Made by a program: the position numbers and the translations under genes. Below, piece by piece: positions 40,581 to 51,589 of a stretch of 64,000 nt of DNA. The notes under the pieces were generated by a model. It was not told the origin of the DNA and ran no database searches. It saw nothing but the letters and a program-made list of their open reading frames with translations. The stretch comes from Macrostomum lignano (taxonomy: Eukaryota). Where the stretch lies: contig NIVC01000282.1 in the NCBI GenBank assembly GCA_002269645.1, positions 248,001 to 312,000 of the forward strand. The letters are read 5' to 3'. Within the stretch, counting starts at the first letter, position 1, and the number at the start of each line of letters is the position of its first letter.

Positions 40581-42736
40581 CTACAATGAGCTGTTGTTCA
40601 GCTCCGGCTCGGCTTGTTCAGCTGCTCCGCCGCCGATCACCGTCCTGACCGCCAGGCCCTCCGACCGGATGGCGTTCAGCAGTCCATCGGCCAGCGCAGC
40701 GTCGTCCTCGGCGACGTCTGCAGCTGCTTTGTTGCCGCCGGCAGATCCGCACAGCGCCTCAACCGCGGCCAAGTAGATCAGCTCGACCAGCTCGAACGCG
40801 AAGGTGAGGGTCACGCCGAGCGTCAGGGTGCCGACCCCGCCAAGCCGGCTGACCAGGGCGCTGGGCGAGATCACCGGCTTCTCCGACTGTTGCATCGTGG
40901 CGAAGGTCTCGCGCACCACCGTCACCATGGCCATGCCTTCGTCCGAGGCCGACCTGGCATCTGTCCAGTTGCCGTCGGCTCCGTCCGCAAAGAAATCCTC
41001 CAGCAATCTGGCGTCCTCCGTTGCTATGGCGATTCCGTTCGCTTTGCTCAGAATCTCCGTGACGGGCTTCATCCAGCGAAGCTGGGAGCCCAGCGGGCGC
41101 CAGTCGCTGTTCGACTGCTCCACCTGGGCATGAGCGGCTGAGCAGTTTGCATGGCAGACACCATCAAGCATGGCAGACACCATCAAGCATGGCAGACACC
41201 ATCAAGCATGGCAGACACCATCAAGCATGGCAGACACCATCAAGCATGGCAGACACCATCAAGCATGGCAGACACCATCAAGCATGGCAGACACCATCAA
41301 GCATGGCAGACACCATCAAGCATGGCAGACACCATCAAGCATGGCAGACACCATCAAGCATGGCAGACACCATCAAGCATGGCAGACACCATCAAGCATG
41401 GCAGACACCATCAAGCATAGCAGACACAATCAAGTATAGCAGACACCATCAAGCATAGCAGACACAATCAAGTATAGCAGACACCATCAAGCATGGCAGA
41501 CACCATCAAGCATGGCAGACACCAGCAATCGGTGCAGAAACAGACGAAGCGGCTCACCGAGTATCTCCAGCGCACGCATCTCCGTCGGCAGGCGGTGTCG
41601 TCCCCCGGCTCCGAGTACACCTTTTCCAGAATGATGTTCCTGGCGCAGGCGATCCTAGCCAGCATCTGCTCAGCGCTGGCAACACTGTCCCCCTCCGGCA
41701 AGCGGCTGCAGAATGGAACGGCTTTGTCCATCTTCCTGTCGCTGAGGTGGAACGCAGACGTGCAGTTGCAGTGCTCGGTGATGAACTGGCTGATCCGCTG
41801 GCCAATGCAGGCGCTTTGCGTGTAGTGAAAGTCGATCTCGCCGTTCTGCGATATCCTTGGCGCCTCGAACGGCATCTCCCAGTTGTGCATGCAGTCAGTC
41901 TTCGGGGATTTGTGGTGCACGTACCGCTCAGTCGTGTAGCGAATCGTGTTGGCGGTGCCCAGCTGGATCTTGTAATGCTCCGAGTCCGTGTCTGGGTACG
42001 TGCCGGGCTCGTGCAGCACGATGACCAGGCCGGCGGCTTGGTCGAACAGGTTGTACACCTGGTCGCTAAGACCGCTTTCTATCTGGCCGCCGCCTGAGAT
42101 CACCATGGAGACGCTGCTCACGTAGTTGGGATCTTTGGCCATCTCGAGGTCGAAGCAGTTGAAGTAGAGCGGGTGCAGGATGCGCCTGACGCGGTGCTTG
42201 CACTGGTCCTCGTGCGCCACAGACGGGTTGGTGTTGTGACTGTGCCGCATCACGCAGAACAGCAGCAAATCGGCCTGGTCGTGACCCAGCCGCACAATCT
42301 GGCTGTGCTCCAGGTTCTGGTAGTAGCCCGACAGCCTGTCAGTCTGGAAGACCTCGCGCGCGTCCTGGTAGCGGCCCTGCGCCAGGAGGTCGCGCATCAC
42401 GGCTCGCACCCTGCTGGAGAAGTTGGCCGGACTTGGCGCGGTGCCGTTCGACCACAGGCTGACGGCGCGCTTAGAGAACGGCTGGTGCGAGCAGATCGTT
42501 ATGCTAGGAAACGGGCTGGGGTGCTTCACCAGCTTGTCAGTCTGCAGGCTCACGTGATACTGAAAGTACTCGAGCATTAGCGAGTAGCAGCTCAGGCCGA
42601 GCACACAGAGCATGCTCAGGATGAAGCCGGCCCACAGCAGCCTCAGGAACGGCTGCTGGCCCGGCTTGGCCAGCTTGGCGAATCCGCGAAGGCTGGTGCT
42701 GGCCACGAACAGATGGACAATACGGCAGCCGGCCAT
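40581..42736 (-). CDS. DEG/ENaC (amiloride-sensitive sodium channel family) subunit, divergent (~573 aa)
   Basis: Exons 42736-41558 (donor TCG|GTGAGC) and 41123-40581 (acceptor CCCAG|GTG). Pre-TM1 STSLRG, TM1, FPSITICS, HPLYFNCF, Cys-rich thumb (YTQSAC...HCNCT...FCS...C...CRRRC), post-thumb YS-VEQSNSDWRP, TM2 ALVSRLGGVGTLTLGVTLTFAFELVELIY. Confidence 0.88.
41148..41523. repeat. 19-bp CATGGCAGACACCATCAAG minisatellite filling the DEG/ENaC intron
   Basis: About 20 copies. Confidence 0.97.
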
Positions 42737-42810
42737 GGCTGCTGCTACTGCTGCCGCTTGCTGTTGGATGACGAATCTCTCTCTGCGCAGTCTCACAGAG
42801 GTGGCGGCCC

Positions 42811-42817
42811 ATTTATA
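42811..42817 (-). promoter_or_regulatory. Candidate TATA box (TATAAAT) of the DEG/ENaC gene
   Basis: atttata on + strand, about 75 nt upstream of the ATG at 42736. Motif match only. Confidence 0.35.
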
Positions 42818-43094
42818 TGTATCTGTTGTATCTGTGGTCCGTGTTTAACCCAATGATCAGCTGAGAGATGATGGCTTTCAACTGGAGACTTCCGATTGGT
42901 CAAACTGTCTGTCTGACTGTGACCGGTCTCGCATAGATTACAGCCCATAGCTACTAATTGATGCCGAAGTGATTAATCTAGAAAAAGTTTCGACTCACTG
43001 CTCGTACATGTAATAAATGTTTTAGACGTATGAAGATCGTTGAATTGAAAAAAATTTTGACGAGCAGTTGCATTTTAATTCAGAATGATTCTTT

Positions 43095-43425
43095 CAACTC
43101 CTGTCTGAAGCAGAAACAGCAACGGCGCCGCCAACTCCTGTCTGAAGCAGAAAAGCAACGGCGCCGCCAACTCCTGTCTGAAGCAGAAACAGCAACGGCG
43201 CCGCCAACTCCTGTCTGAAGCAGAAACAGCAACGGCGCCGCCAACTCCTGTCTGAAGCAGAAACAGCAACGGCGCCGCCAACTCCTGTCTGAAGCAGAAA
43301 CAGCAACGGCGCAGCCAACTCCTGTCTGAAGCAGAAAAGCAACGGCGCAGCCAACTCCTGTCTGAAGCAGAAAAGCAACGGCGCAGCCAACTCCTGTCTG
43401 AAGCAGAAACAGCAACGGCGCCGCG
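43095..43425. repeat. 36/37-bp CAACTCCTGTCTGAAGCAGAAACAGCAACGGCGCCGC minisatellite
   Basis: About 9 copies. Confidence 0.95.
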
Positions 43426-43429
43426 CTGT

Positions 43430-44960
43430 ATTGAATTTTGGCGCCTTTGTATTGCAGTTTGGCGTCATCTGTTGCAGTTTGGCGTCATCTGTTGCAGTTT
43501 GGCGTCATCTGTTGCAGTTTGGCGTCATCTGTTGCAGTTTGGCGCCATCTGTTGCAGTTTGGCGCCATCTGTTGCAGTTTGGCGCCTTTGTATTGCAGTT
43601 TGGCGTCATCTGTTGCAGTTTGGCGCCATCTGTTGCAGTTTGGCGCCATCTGTTGCAGTTTGGCGCCATCTGTTGCAGTTGGCGCCATCTGTTGCAGTTT
43701 GGCGCCTTTGTATTGCAGTTTGGCGCCATCTGTTGCAGTTTGGCGCCTTTGTATTGCAGTTTGGCGCCATCTGTTGCAGTTTGGGGTCATTTGTTGCAGT
43801 TTGGCGTCATCTGCTGCAGTTTGGCACCTTTGTATTGCAGTTTGGCGTCATCTGTTGCAGTTTGGCGCCATCTGTTGCAGTTTGGCGTCATCTGTTGCAG
43901 TTTGGCGCCATCTGTTGCAGTTTGGCGCCATCTGTTGCAGTTTGGCGCCTTTGTATTGCAGTTTGGCGTCATCTGTTGCAGTTTGGCGCCTTTGTATTGC
44001 AGTTTGGCGCCATCTGTTGCAGTTTGGCGCCATCTGTTGCAGTTTGGCGCCATCTGTTGCAGTTTGGGGTCATTTGTTGCAGTTTGGCGTCATCTGCTGC
44101 AGCTTGGCACCTTTGTATTGCAGTTTAGCGTCATCTGTTGCAGTTTGGCGTCATCTATTGCAGTTTGGCGCCATCTGTTGCAGTTTGGCGTCATCTGTTG
44201 CAGTTTGGCGCCATCTGTTGCAGTTTGGCGCCATCTGTTGCAGTTTGGCGCCATCTGTTGCAGTTTGGCGCCATCTGTTGCAGTTTGGCGCCTTTGTATT
44301 GCAGTTTGGCGTCATCTGTTGCAGTTTGGCGCCTTTGTATTGCAGTTTGGCGTCATCTGTTGCAGTTTGACGCCTTTGTATTGCAGTTTGGCGCCATCTG
44401 TTGCAGTTTGGGGTCATTTGTTGCAGTTTGGCGTCATCTGCTGCAGTTTGGCACCTTTGTATTGCAGTTTGGCGTCATCTGTTGCAGTTTGGCGTCATCT
44501 ATTGCAGTTTGGCGCCATCTGTTGCAGTTTGGCGTCATCTATTGCAGTTTGGCGCCATCTGTTGCAATTTGGCGCCTTTGTATTGCAGTTTGGCGCCACC
44601 TGTTGCAGTTTGGCGCCTTTGTATTGCAATTTGGCGTCATCTGTTGCAGTTTGGCGCCATCTGTTGCAGTTTGGCGTCATCTGCTGCAGTTTGGCGTCAT
44701 CTATTGCAATTTGGCGTCATCTATTGCAGTTTAGCGCCATCTGTTGCAGTTTAGCGCCATCAGTTGAAATTTTGGCACCACTGGATTAAAGCTTGGCGCC
44801 ATTGTTTTGATCGAAGTTTTGCGCCATTATAGTGAAGTTTGGCGCCTTTTTATAGAAGTTTGGCGCCATCAATTAAAGTTTGGCACTATCTATTGAAGTT
44901 TGGCGCCATCTACTGAAGTTGGGTGCCATGTATTGTAGGTTGGCTCCCCTGTACTAAAGT
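43430..44960. repeat. 20/21-bp TGCAGTTTGGCGCCATCTGT / TGCAGTTTGGCGCCTTTGTAT minisatellite, decaying rightwards
   Basis: About 70 copies. Confidence 0.97.
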
Positions 44961-45879
44961 TTAGCGCCACAAATTAAACTTGATCACCCCGGCTGCTTTC
45001 CCCCCTCCAAAAAAAGGTTGTCAATCGCCCTGGTCTGAAAGAATAACTTTGAAAGTTTGCTCAATTTTCAGAATGATAAACGAGCAGACCGAGTGGCATC
45101 AGGAACAGGCCATGCAAAAAACTAATCCTGCTCCATATCACACGATGTTAACAACAACAATCGAGCACAGAGGCGACATCAGCTGGCCAAAGCCGGAAGC
45201 CACTCGGTCGGAATCCCCGCAAAAAAGAGATGAAACATGCTGGAATTATCCTAAAAGTTAATATAGATAAAAATTTTCTCTGAACAGAATACAAAACCAA
45301 TTATTTAGCAAACCGATGAGATACTGCCTAAGTAAGTGCTTAACGAATTTCGAATTGAACCAATTCTGAATTCTGAATGTTAAACAAATTCCAGTCGTAA
45401 AAAAGCGGAAATCCAAAATTTACCAGAATCAGTTCCGTTGTTTTTTATAAAAATATTTTATTAACGAAGGTGTATTTAAACAAAATAGGAATGAAGGCAT
45501 TTCTACATTGGTTTGTTATTTTAAAATTATTATCAAAACTAGTTGTCTAATTACTATAACTTACAATAAAAACTTTTGCAGCAATGCTCTTAAAAAACAA
45601 GCAAGCTACTTAAAGTAGGCCCGAAAGAAATCGGTAACCTTTTTGATAGCATAAAAATAAAAGTTTCGGATGAGCTCAGGTGAATAGTGTCACAAAAATA
45701 AAGTTGGAGAAAAGTTAAAAAAAGCATCAAAGATAATATTCTATAGGATTTGAAAGCAAAAATATAAACAAATCTAGATACTCGTATCAAGCTACCAGAA
45801 AATGGAAAATTTTGTGCAGCTCCTGAATGAAGCTCCCACGCAAAGATTATTTCGTACAACAATAAATAGTTCGGACGAT

Positions 45880-46960
45880 TCCCAAAAAGTACACGCATAT
45901 TAAAAAATGTACATGCGTACCTAAATCTGCATGTGTACTTAGAAAAGTACACGCATACTTAAAAAGTGCATGTGTACTTAAAAGAGTACACACGTACTTT
46001 AAATAGTACACACGTACTTTAAAGAGTACACACGTACTTAAAAGAGTACACACGTACTTTAAAGAGTACACACGTACTTAAAAAGCGCACACGTACTTAG
46101 TAAAGTACACTCGAACTCAAACAAGAGTACGTACGTACTCACGCAAAAGTACACACAGGCGCACATTAAAAAACGGTACCAAAGATACTTGGAAATAAAC
46201 TATATGTTCCAGTGCGTTTTCGGAATCCATTAAAACAAGCTGACGCTAAAAACTTTGGGCTCGTCGGGTCCTCTGTCGAATTCAAGGTTCCAGTCGCTGT
46301 CACGATTGTTGCCGAAGATTTTTAGACGTCGGTAGGTTCGCAGCCGATCCAGCAGGTTGGGGCAGAGCGGCGGCAGCAGACTGGGAGGCAACGGCAGCCG
46401 GTCGGCGCAGTCAATCGGACACCGGGAGGCCACGGCGCGGCCGGAGAGCTCGGCGAGGCTGCCGACGGTTTGGAAGTCGTTGTCGTCGGTGCACTCGAGC
46501 TGACTCGGCGGCGGCAGGCGCCAAAGTCGGACAAAGCCGGCGGTGTCGGCGGAAGCGAGAACTTCTTCTGTGTCGGCGAAGGCCAACGATACGACGGGAT
46601 CGAAAACGGGAACGGTGAGGGCTGCGGGTGACCACGGCTTGGCCTCCAGAATGCGCAGCAGCTGCAGGCTGCAATCGAAAATCCGAAGCAACATCAATTA
46701 AATTTAAAGTTCCGTTTTAAAAGTTTGGTCGTACTTGATCAAGGGTACGCACGCACTTGATAATGCGTTCGTGTGTACTTGACCAGGAGTACGCGGCTAA
46801 TTAGTCGAAAGTACAACCGCACTTAATAAAGAGTGCGCAAGCACTAAGCTAAGAAAAGTACGCGCGCACTTAGTCAAGAGTACGTGCGCACTTAGTCAAC
46901 TTAGTCAAGAGTACGTGCGCACTTAGTCAAGAGTACGTGCGCACTTACTCAAGAGTACTC
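45880..46960. repeat. Related degenerate AAGAGTAC(A/G)(C/T)(A/G)CGTACTT repeats on both sides of the last WD40 exon (45880-46160 and 46730-46960)
   Basis: Direct inspection. Confidence 0.75.
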
Positions 46961-49900
46961 AAGTTACTCAAAATGACATCTCGCACATACATACCTGACG
47001 GTAATTCCGGCTCTCGCTGCAATATCGTCGCTCTCGCCCTCTCGCCGTCGCACCCGCCGGCAGTCGAACCGGTAGACTCGAATGCGGCCGCTTGTTCGAC
47101 AACCGACAGCCAACAGGCGGCCAGAGCTGCTGAACTGCAGGACCTCGGCGGTTTCCCCTGGGCTCAGGCCCACCCGCTGTACAGGCAGGTAGGCCGCCAG
47201 CCGCTCGTTCACGTCGAAGTCGCTTTTATCGTCGTTGCCAACATCAACAAAGCCTCCGACAACGTGAAGGTGGCCGGTGGAGTCGCCGAGAGCCAGCAGG
47301 CAGCGGCAGCTTGAAGCGGAAGGATTGTCGGTAGATCAATTCGAATGTCGATAGATCAATTATGGAATCTCGATAGATCAATTATGGAATCTCGATAGAT
47401 CAATTATCGAATGTTGATAGATCAATTATCAAATGCCGATAGATCAACTATCGAATAAATGTCGATAGATCAATTATCGAATGTCGATAGATCAACTATC
47501 GAATAAATGTCGATAGTTCAATTATCGAATAAATGTCGATAGATCAATTGTCGATTGTCAATAGACTATTAATGAATGTCGATAGATCAGACTAACAAAC
47601 CTTACGTCGTCGCCGCCCCCATCACTGTCGCTGCCGTCGACAAACTCAGCCGATTCAGGATTTACCGGCCAGAAGGCGAACGCTCGAGTCGATGAAAGCT
47701 CGGCGTTGAAAGTCGAGGAGGACGATGCGGCGGCAGCGTCGGCAGGACTTCGGCACCACTCCAAGGGCAGCACAAAGCTGCTAATAGGCTCAAGTTTCCC
47801 ATTGGCGTTCCGTCTTCTGAGCAGGCAAGGGTTTGAGTCTCTTCGTCGACGCAGCAGCAGCACGCCGTAGTGGCCGGTGGAGGCGGTGAAGCCAACCCGA
47901 CGGCCGTCCCAGCTCCAGGCGCAGTGGCCAGTCTCCGTGTAGTCCCGGCCAAGCTGCATGCTGGGTATCAGCCGGCCCAGACTCACCTGCAGATTGAGGT
48001 GGGAAAGGGGAGAACAAAAGTAATTGGGATTTTGTTTCGGCCAATGACAGTCAACACTCGCAACCGTATCTTCCACATCAGCATCTTCTTCATCAGCATC
48101 TTCCCCGTCAGCATCTTCTTCTTCAGCATCTTCCCCATCAGCATCTTCCCCATCAGCATCTTCTTCATCCTTTGCATCTTCTTCTTCTTCATCCCGTTCT
48201 CGCCCGAAGGGCATGGGACAGCGATAGTTACGTTCCCCTGCACGTTCGTTTGTGTCTTGCCATATTAGTTTTGGACAAGTCCCGACCAGTCTTCACACTT
48301 TGCTGTCTCTGCACGATACTTTCTGGCAACTGTCCGACCCGTCTGGCTGTTTCCTTTTGTTGTTTCCCTTGTTGTCGCCGTTAGCGTTGCCGTCGCCGGT
48401 GTGGTCGTCAATGTTCTTCCGTTTTGACTTTCGATCTTGACTGCCGCCGCCCCTCTGCATGTTCGCCTATGCCTCGCCAGGTTGGATTTCGATACAATCG
48501 TGTCGCATCTGGTGCACCTTGCTGTTTTGGCATTCACTTCTGTTTCTCCTTGGCAAGTCTTTCTGTGGTTGAGTAGTGTCACTTCTTGTCGGAGTGTATT
48601 TTCGCACTTAGTGCAATTGAATGCGACGGGGTCAGTGTACACTCGGTGCAGCCGTTTCTGGTGGATGGCCAGCCCTCCCTTGCTCAAGCAGATTTTGCCA
48701 CAGTCGGGGTATTCACATTTGTGTGTTGTCGTCTGTGGTCTGCTTTTGGTTCTGCTGCTGCCGGTGTTGTTGTTGTTGACGGCCAAGCTGGGTCACCTGG
48801 TCCTTGGACCTACGGGAGCAATCTGGCTGCAACATGGCACAGCCAGCTGTCATTATCCCACCCGTCTCCGGACAGGGGCCCTGCACCACCGCGCCAACGC
48901 GCGAGTGGGCAGAGGGCATGTCGGCGGGCCTGCCACCAGGTCCACCAGGGTCACTCCCTGGTCTTGGTCTTTCAGGGATTAGCGGAATGGGCGACGCTCG
49001 CCTCCCCGCTGCGTCTTCGGACCGCCCTGCAGCTAAGTCAAGTAAGTCAAGGGTCACTCCCAGCGAGGCCGTAACACCAGCCTTCGTGTCCGTAGCCAGC
49101 GGACCTTCCACCCCACGCCTGACAGCCAGCACTGGTGGCCAGCCCCGATGGGGTCGAACCAGTGTCTGGAGCTTCTCGGAGGCTAGCTGGTTGTGAGGCT
49201 GCTGCCGGTGTTGTGGGGGGGGCCTGGTGGGCGCGGTTCGTTCTTTGCGATTGCCTTGCTGTTTTTTCCAGTTTTGCATGTGTTCGACTCGTTCTTGAAC
49301 CAGGTGCTTCCAGGCTTCACGGTCGAGTGCAAGTCGTTCCACTGTTGATGGTTCTATTCCGGCTTCTCGTAGGAGCTTTTGCCAGTAGGCGATGGTGTTG
49401 CCTCTCTTTCTCTTTCTCTTGCGGATGTTTCTAGTGCAGTGAGCCACCCGAGTATCGCTCTTTTAGTTTGCCGTTGGTCTGACATTCTCAGGATATGGCC
49501 TATTCGCCTCAAGTGAGCTTTTTCAACTCTTACTCTGATCGAAACCACTCCCAGTTCGTTTCTGATGTCCTGACTGTTAACACCATGTTCTTCCATCTCC
49601 CGTAACGGTTCTTGTCTCTTTGAGCTCCAGATATATCTGTAGATCTTGTCAACGAATTTCTGTAGTGCCTGGGTTTCTGATTTCCGGAAAGGCCGAGTGT
49701 TGGCATGAAATAAGAGGATGTTCTGTACACAGGCCTCGACTACTTTTGCTTGGGTCGTTTTTTTCAGGCGACATTAGCTATATCCCCATCAGCATCTTCT
49801 TCATCAGCATCTTCCCCATCAGCATCTTCCCCATCAGTATATTATTCATCAGCATCTTCTTCATCAGCATCTTCCCCATCAGCATCTTCCCCATCAGCAT

Positions 49901-51589
49901 CTTCTTCATCAGCATCTTCCCCATCAGCATCTTCCCCATCAGCATCTTCTTCATCAGCATCTTCCCCATCAGCATCTTCCCAATCAGCATCTTCCCAATC
50001 AGCACCTTCCCAATCAGCATCTTCCCAATCAGCATCTTCCCAATCAGCATCTTCCCAATCAGCACCTTCCCAATCAGCATCTTCCCAATCAGCATCTTCC
50101 CAATCAGCATCTTCCCCATCAGCATCTTCCCATCAGCTGAGTTTCCTGACCTCATTTTCCACATCGGACAGCGAGTTGAGCCGGACAATTCTCAAATAGA
50201 ATCTGTGCGCGAGACGCAGCATGACTAGAATTCTGGTGCCGTTTGGAGACATGGCCAGGCTTTTGATCACTTCGCCCATGTTGGGCTTGCCGGCGCTGCG
50301 AACCCGGGGGAGGCCGTTGACTGGCGGGGCCAGCAGGTCCACCAGGCTGAGGCCGAGCTCGCCGGCAAAACAGACTTTGGGCCGGCTGGGGTGCACGGCG
50401 ACCCGGCAGGGATAGGACATAGACTGGAGGCGCGGGAGCAGGCTGCAGGCTGCGGTTGGGCGAGGGCTGAGCTGATTAGCTATACCATTAGCTCACTGAT
50501 TAGCTATACCATTAGCTCACTGATTAGCTATACCATTAGCTCACTGATTAGCTATATGATTAGCTCACTAATTAGCTATATCATTAGCCCACTGATTAGC
50601 TATACCACTAGCTCACTGATTAGCTTTATGATTAGCTCACTGATTAGCTATATCATTAGCTCACTGATTAGCTATATCATTAGCCCACTGATTAGCTATA
50701 TGATTAGCTCACTAATTAGCTATATCATTAGCCCACTGATTAGCTATACCACTAGCTCACTGATTAGCTTTATGATTAGCTCACTGATTAGCTATATCAT
50801 TAGCTCACTGATTAGCTATATCATTAGCCCACTGATTAGCTATACCACTAGCTCACTGATTAGCTATATGATTAGCTCACTGATTAGCTATATCATTAGC
50901 TCACTGATTAGCTATATCATTAGCTCACTGATTAGCTATATCATTAGCTCACTGATTAGCTATATCATTAGCTAGCTGATTAGCTATACCATTAGCTCAC
51001 TGATTAGCTATATCATTAGCTCACTGATTAGCTATATCATTAGCTCACTGATTAGCTATATCATTAGCTCACTGATTAGCTATATCATTAGCTAGCTGAT
51101 TAGCTATACCATTAGCTCACTGATTAGCTATACCATTAGCTCACTGATTGGCCCAATCATTAGCCCATTAGCTATCCCGATTAGCAAGTAAGCAAAGCGG
51201 TTCTCACTAATTTCTGTCCCAGAGTTAATTCGCCACACGCTGATACAGCCGCCAGACAGAAACTGATTGACAGGTACCGGAGTCATGCCGCCACGCGGTA
51301 GATGAGCAGCAAAACTAACAATGAGCTGACGCTCAGACCTGGGCACAAAGTGCAAATCAACAGACCAAAGCAGTCCACTGGCCGGATCGCTAGGCAAGTT
51401 CCGATGGAAATGCTCAGCTGTCGGAAGGGACTGGAAGCTGGCCATCTGGGCCCAGACTGGTGGCAGACAGCTGTTGGCATGGTTAAATGGTTCAAGATAG
51501 GTGTTTGAACTAGCAAATTGCTTGGACTGCCGCTGCCTGCTATGCAAAGAACTGTTAGCCAATACAGGACTGCACAATTGGGCACCCAT
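46230..51589 (-). CDS. WD40/beta-propeller-like protein of unknown identity (~606 aa)
   Basis: Exons 51589-51208, 50449-50151, 47986-47601, 47309-46995, 46668-46230 join in phase (1821 nt). WD-like blades: RVAVHPSRPKVCFAG, IKSLAMSPNGTRILV, HCAWSWDGRRVGF, LLALGDSTGHLHV, VLQFSSSGRLLAVG, VVSLAFADTEEVLASADTAGFVRLW. The 5' end is tentative. Confidence 0.7.
47330..47590. repeat. Palindrome-rich TCGATAGATCAATTATCGAATG repeat, intronic
   Basis: Direct inspection. Confidence 0.85.
48178..49780 (-). mobile_element. 5'-truncated RTE-like LINE fragment with C-terminal zinc-finger array, inside WD40 intron 2
   Basis: KVVEACVQNILLF...HLRRIGHILRMSDQRQTKRAILGW...DREAWKHLV, then fingers CEYPDCGKICLSKGGLAIHQKRLH, CTKCENTLRQEVTLLNHRKTC, CTRCDTIVSKSNLARHRRTC and a frameshifted CEDW..LSKTNMARHKRTC. 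A 3' CCCTTCGGG hairpin and (GAA)n tail follow. Confidence 0.8.
48771..49197 (-). mobile_element. 427-bp SINE-like insertion with 17-bp TSD nested in the RTE fragment
   Basis: GCTGCTGCCGGTGTTGT at 48754-48770 and 49198-49214, with differing neighbouring bases. Short (CAA)n 3' tail. B-box-like GGTTCGACCCC at 49160-49150. Confidence 0.7.
49785..50135. repeat. 15-bp CATCAGCATCTTCCC minisatellite (continues at 48070-48195 on the other side of the RTE insertion)
   Basis: Direct inspection. Confidence 0.95.
50468..51150. repeat. 24-bp CTGATTAGCTATATCATTAGCTCA minisatellite, intronic
   Basis: About 28 copies. Confidence 0.97.

Noticed and set aside
41468-41557. Cys-rich tail FVCFCTDCWCLPC of the DEG/ENaC ORF
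   Set aside because: Intron sequence after the GTGAGC donor; splicing restores the family YS..S..W pattern.
39410-44960. CRISPR-like regular repeats
   Set aside because: Head-to-tail units with no unique spacers (the variable 8-nt gaps at 44760-44960 are decay), no cas genes, and a eukaryotic context.
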